A DNA stretch of 64,000 bases from Blepharisma stoltei ATCC 30299 (lineage: Eukaryota > Protista > Ciliophora), in NCBI GenBank assembly GCA_965603825.1, contig CBFDEM010000036.1:558001-622000 (forward strand), read 5' to 3'. Below are positions 59,701-64,000 of the stretch, in pieces. Numbering within the stretch: the first letter of the stretch is position 1; each line of letters starts with the position of its first letter. The position numbers and the translations under genes are program-made. The notes beneath the pieces were generated by a model. The model was not told the origin of the DNA and ran no database searches. It saw nothing but the letters and a program-made list of their open reading frames with translations.

Positions 59701-60523
59701 GTCTGATTTCCTTAAGAATTTCTTTATTGGAAATATCTTTTGAGGATTTATGAGAATCTTCTTTATATATTTTTTGTAGCTCTCTTTCAGAGTCTAAAAG
59801 CTCTACTTTTAAAGATTTAATTTGTTTTCTGTTGCTTTCAACTTCCAATTTTAAGTCATCAACTTCATCAATTAAATCTGAACACTTTTTGCAAGAAAAT
59901 TCGTCTTTTATCTTTGGCTTTTCAAGCTGCTGTTTTAATGCAGCTTTTTCCTCTATCATTTCATCAATAATTAAGTTCATCTCTTTTAATTCATTTTCTA
60001 ATTCAAGAACCCTTTGTTTTAGTCATTCATTTTCCTTACTTCTACCTGTTTCGATTACTTTATCTGGGGATTGTCACAAATTTTCGACTTGGTCTTCAAT
60101 TGATTTTCTCACTGTTTCCCCCATTTGAGTTTTTTCTGCAAAAGCTCTGTAGTATTCAATAATTTTGTGTTCTCTATCTATTAAATTGTTGATATCTTCT
60201 GACAGTGAGGCTATTAGGAGTTTGCAACTTTCAAATGGATTATTTGAATTTTGGTCGAATTCCATTCCTTTTTGAGTTTGCAAAAGGTTTGCAGATAAAA
60301 ATCGTGGAGTATCACCTAAGTTTTCAGTGAGAGATATCGCTTCATCAAGGAGAGTTTCTTGAAAAGAAGAGTGCTCTAAGATAAGATGCTGAAGCGAAGA
60401 TAGATTTTCTTTTAAAGAAGCGTAGTTTACATTGGTCTCGAATTTGAAATAAGCTTCTTTTATTCATTCTTTGATTATCTGTAATTTAATATCCTGTGGG
60501 CGATAAATAGAGCGGTGTGGCAT
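56774..60523 (-). CDS. Long coiled-coil protein (~1249 aa)
   Basis: Four same-frame ORFs join via TGA=Trp from ATG 60523 to TAA 56774; E/K/L-rich heptad pattern. Confidence 0.8.
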
Positions 60524-60792
60524 GAATTTTAAAATTATGAAAGTGCTTTAAGAAAATTAAAAATGGGATTGTGAAGCTATTTTATTGCAATTAATTTGAA
60601 CTCTCCAGCACTATTTATTACTATAAAAATAGACTCCATGAAGTAATCTGAATTCAAATTTCCGATACTAAGACTTCTAAAATGGTATAGATATTTTGAA
60701 GACTCATACATCATTTACTACAAATTAAAAGCCAAAACTAAAATTTCTTTATTATTCAGCAAAAATATATTATAAATTTAATTATTTATTGC

Positions 60793-61705
60793 TTATAAAT
60801 CTTTTCTCCACAAAGTGATTTCTTGCTGTTTAAAGTATCTTCTATCTTCTTCATCTACAAGAACCAAATTCAAGAAATGTCTGACAGAGAACTTATTATT
60901 CACATTGATATAAGTTGGTGTCATATTGAAAGCACTCAAAAACATTCTAATCGGTATAAGCTCTCCTCTCACTGGTGCTCCATCCATGACTTCATACTTG
61001 GCAATAGTTTCATTCTCATTCGTTGCAGTAGCTCCAGCTCCGATTGTTTCTCTTCTAATAATAGCAATCTCCATATACTTGATTCTAATTCTGACTAGCA
61101 AAAAGTTGACTTTCCCTACAATGCAGTCAGCCAAGTGATATTTATTTTTGTTGTACTCAAACTCGATGTGCAAGCACTCTTCAATGCCGACTTCCATTTT
61201 AATTAAAGCGCTATCTTCAACTTCAGTTGATGTATTCATAACAGCAATTTCTTGCTCTCTTACTATATTTGATGAAAAATTCTTACGAATTATTGTCACC
61301 CTGAGCGTGTAGCGGACTCTGCAAAACCTGCCTTGATAAGTTTCGTACTGTTTGTCAACTTTGTTGAAGCAAAATGGAACAGTTGAGCTATCGGTAATTG
61401 TGCCTGGAGGTTCAAGGTCTTTTGATAGAGAGATGAAATCAGTGGTTTGGCTGCGCTCATAATTAATATCTAGGTAAAAATTACCAATACTGCCTAACAG
61501 TTCAACTTTGATGCCCTGGTGAACCATTTTTTTGCCTTTTTTGGGATTGATTATGAGACGACCAGATAGATCGTCATTGCCAGTGTAGACAGGAAGGGTG
61601 GTCTCTTTGCCTGTAGCGTCTTTAAAAGTCGTGGTTTTGCGATCTTGAGTGTCGAGTTCAAGTTTCACCTCAGCCTTCTTGCCGAACTAAATAAAACCTC
61701 ACCAT
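60793..61705 (-). CDS. VPS26: Retromer subunit VPS26
   Basis: [72 protein letters not shown] 61705 is followed at once by a 16-nt intron, with a second 15-nt intron downstream. Confidence 0.97.
61470..61484 (-). other. 15-nt in-frame, stop-free intron
   Basis: gtaatttttacctag; appears as the spurious 'GNFYL' insertion in the ORF track. Confidence 0.85.
61687..61702 (-). other. 16-nt intron directly after the start codon
   Basis: ATG|gtgaggttttatttag|TTC GGC AAG gives [12 protein letters not shown]. Confidence 0.8.
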
Positions 61706-61978
61706 TTCTTTATATTCACTAAGATAGTGGATTAATAAATTAAAGGATTTAGAGAGTTAATTTCAAAACTAATTAATAAAAAAGCAAAACATATGTAATT
61801 TCGCTACAGCTTAAATGATTTAATTTTTTTTCATAATTCATCATGCTTTATTTGCTATGAGATAATAGAGCTTTCACATTAATTGAAGACCTTAAATTTC
61901 AATATTTTATTATTAGATCTGTTTATTTCTCTCTATTAAAATACTAAATAAAATTTTCCAAAATAGTTAGATGTTAAT

Positions 61979-63028
61979 ATGTCAAAAACAGCACCTCTCA
62001 CACTCTCCAAGCTGCTAGGGAACTTTTTCGCTTTGTTCGTTCTGTTCGTCATATCATTCATTTACTACAACGTAGTTCATACATTTCATGACAGATATAG
62101 AGGTAATTTTTATTTAGAACCCAAAATCTTTTTATTTTTGTTCATTTTCCACTACTTATTATTTATGCTGCTTTGATGCTTCTTCAGAGCAATGCTAACT
62201 GACCCAGGAGTTGTCCCACCGCTATGAGGGTTCTACATGGGTGACTCAGAGCAAAAAAGAAGACGCTACTGTTTAATGTGCCATGTTTTCAAGCCAGAAA
62301 GATCTCATCACTGTTCAGCCTGCAACCGCTGTGTATTGAACATGGATCACCACTGCCGTAATGTTTAGTCAGCTTGGATCAATAACTGTGTGGGATTTTA
62401 CAATCGCAAATTTTTCATTTTGCTGTTGGTCTATGTTTTGATTTCAACGACCCTAATCACTATTACTCTCTTTCCAACAGTATATGCAAGCGTAAAACAA
62501 ATCATTGAAAAAAGAGATATTTATGCGTATAAAGAGGCGGCCTTGTTCTCAGCTTACCTATTGAATTGCTTGCTGAATGGGGTTATGTTCATGTTTCTCA
62601 AGTTTCATATCAAACTGATTTTTACAAACATCACCACTATTGAGAACATGGATAAGCAAAATCTTCCGAATTTAATCGTATATAACAAAGGCTACAAGAG
62701 AAACTGGATTCAAGTCTTTGGAAGAAATCCTTGACTTTGGCCATTCCCGATGACTGGGAGATCAGGGAAGCCAGTCGGCGACGGAGTTATATGGAATGAC
62801 GAAGTAGTACAGAACTTTGATGAAGAGATCCCTGCAAATGAAAATGAAGCAAGAAGGAGCTCAAGGCTCACCGGATCTGGAGTGGCGGCTAGCCGTGAGA
62901 GATTAGCTTCACCAGTTAGGCAGGGAAATAGTTTAGAAGGAACTCGCAAAGAATTTGAAAGCACTTTGGATTCTTCGTCAAGGGTCAAAGCTGACTCGCA
63001 TCATGTAGGATTACTCGTAAGTCCATAG
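61979..63028 (+). CDS. DHHC palmitoyltransferase (ZDHHC2/15/20-like, 4 TM)
   Basis: [35 protein letters not shown]|[28 protein letters not shown]; three TGA=Trp codons and two introns. Confidence 0.95.
62103..62117 (+). other. 15-nt in-frame, stop-free intron
   Basis: gtaatttttatttag; again read as 'GNFYL' in the ORF track. Confidence 0.75.
62358..62372 (+). other. 15-nt spliceosomal intron splitting DHHC-P
   Basis: gtaatgtttagtcag; removal deletes an in-frame TAG and restores DHHCPWINNC. Confidence 0.93.
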
Positions 63029-63034
63029 AATTAA

Positions 63035-63862
63035 TTAAGGATTAAGGGTAGCTAGCTCTACATCTTTTGCTTCTTTTTCTTCAGATCTCGATCTTCCAGA
63101 GCTCACCGCGAAACTTAGCATAAACCCTCTGAAAAACTGGCAAAAGATCGGCGGTAAAAAGATCGAAATTGTGACTAAAATCCATTCACATATGGCTTCA
63201 GCGTTTTCGTTTATAAACGCATTGGAGCTGGTTGAGTATGCCCAATTCCATTCAATAAGAGTTATTAGCGATAAAAATGCAAAGAGTCCTAAAAACAGAG
63301 TCAAAATGAAGAACCAGCGCCTCTCTTGGACATTGAAAGTGCTGCGTGATTTCAATATCAAAGAGTAAACCAGAGATCCCCAAGCGAGATTGACAAGCAC
63401 AAAGCAGACTGATAAAAAGCTATAAACCGGCTCAAAGGGAATTATGTGTACACTGTTAACTTCATCTGTGAGGCTGATAAAAGGTAATGTAATGCACGAA
63501 ATCACTCCTAAATACAGAAGAGCAAGTCTTTTTCAATCTGGTAAGGATGATCCAAAATGGTAATAAGCTCCTGTATACATTAGAACAAGGACAAGTGCAA
63601 AAAATGTGCAAGAAACAATGAAGATCCTGTCATGTCCTCTAAAGCAGCCAATATAAGTCAGTGTAGGTAAAAAAGTGGAGCAAGAAAAATTAGTCAAGCA
63701 AGCTAGAAGCAAATTTGCATAAACCAAAATCGTCATGAGACCGGAAAACCAAAACATAATTTTGGGGATATTCATTGAGTATATTGATCTTCCTTCTTTT
63801 TGTCTGTAGATGAATACTGGAAGTGAAAATGATTGTCGAAATTCTTTATCGTTGCCTTCCAT
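63035..63862 (-). CDS. Frag1/DRAM/Sfk1 (PGAP2/TMEM150-like) multi-pass membrane protein
   Basis: LPTLTYIG, VH helix and AICEWILV motifs, about six TM segments; TGA=Trp at 63533-63535 joins the two ORFs. Confidence 0.7.
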
Positions 63863-64000
63863 AATTTTATAAGTTTAAAAGAATTTCTGAGAGATAGATA
63901 TATAAATAAAGAGAATTTAAAAATAAAAGAAATTAATCCAGTCTTTTTCTACCTTCTGGCAAAAAGGGTTTCTAGATTAATAAAAATCTTTTCCAATTTC

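Noticed and set aside
1093-63368. Numerous antisense or alternate-frame ORFs in the track (e.g. 1093-1380, 7425-7712, 11388-11816, 33603-33998, 44947-45366, 45550-45903, 52469-52858)
   Set aside because: They overlap well-supported genes on the other strand or frame and show shadow-ORF composition with no motifs.
1-64000. Interpreting the many broken ORFs as pseudogenes
   Set aside because: The breaks are same-frame TGA codons at conserved Trp sites or 15/16-nt GT-AG introns; the genes are intact once these are applied.
1-64000. TGA as selenocysteine or cysteine (Euplotes-type), or the TAA/TAG=Gln ciliate code
   Set aside because: TGA aligns with Trp, not Cys, in Rab, DHHC, cyclin and WD motifs. 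TAA and TAG terminate conserved proteins at their expected ends (eIF5A, p24, VPS26, Rab).
1-64000. Prokaryotic or mobile features (operons, CRISPR, IS/transposase), tRNA/rRNA, telomeric repeats
   Set aside because: Gene content is eukaryotic. I saw no spaced direct-repeat array, transposase motif, cloverleaf or tandem CCCTAACA-type tract by eye.

Overview
This is AT-rich, gene-dense eukaryotic nuclear DNA, about 40 genes in 64 kb. It is almost certainly macronuclear DNA from a heterotrich ciliate such as Blepharisma. Two properties explain why the supplied ORF track looks fragmented. (1) TGA is read as Trp: it sits at invariant Trp positions such as Rab W-DTAGQ, DHHC-P-W, cyclin ILYD-W-M and kinase DP-W, while every gene I traced to its end stops at TAA or TAG. 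(2) Introns are only 15-16 nt (GT...AG, usually with an A six bases from the 3' end); I located 13 of them. After rejoining, the window encodes eIF5A (partial), a FIT2/Scs3-like protein, a RING-IBR-PARP fusion, two paralogous EEP/sphingomyelinase-like enzymes, RAB5IF, a WGR-WGR-SAM protein, p24, a PH-kinase, BCD1, three paralogous acylated microproteins, a TSET/TPLATE TWD40-2-like subunit, Rab1-like, acyl-CoA oxidase, two Cys-rich surface proteins, a Kelch-like protein, a Puf protein, a cyclin, a giant PPC-repeat membrane protein, BRAP2, CHMP1, a twin-CX9C microprotein absent from the ORF track, Miro, WDR17, two DHHC palmitoyltransferases, a long coiled-coil protein, VPS26, a Frag1/DRAM-family protein and several hypotheticals. 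I saw no tRNA, rRNA, CRISPR array, transposase or telomeric repeat tract. Family assignments come from motif recognition by eye, not from database searches.
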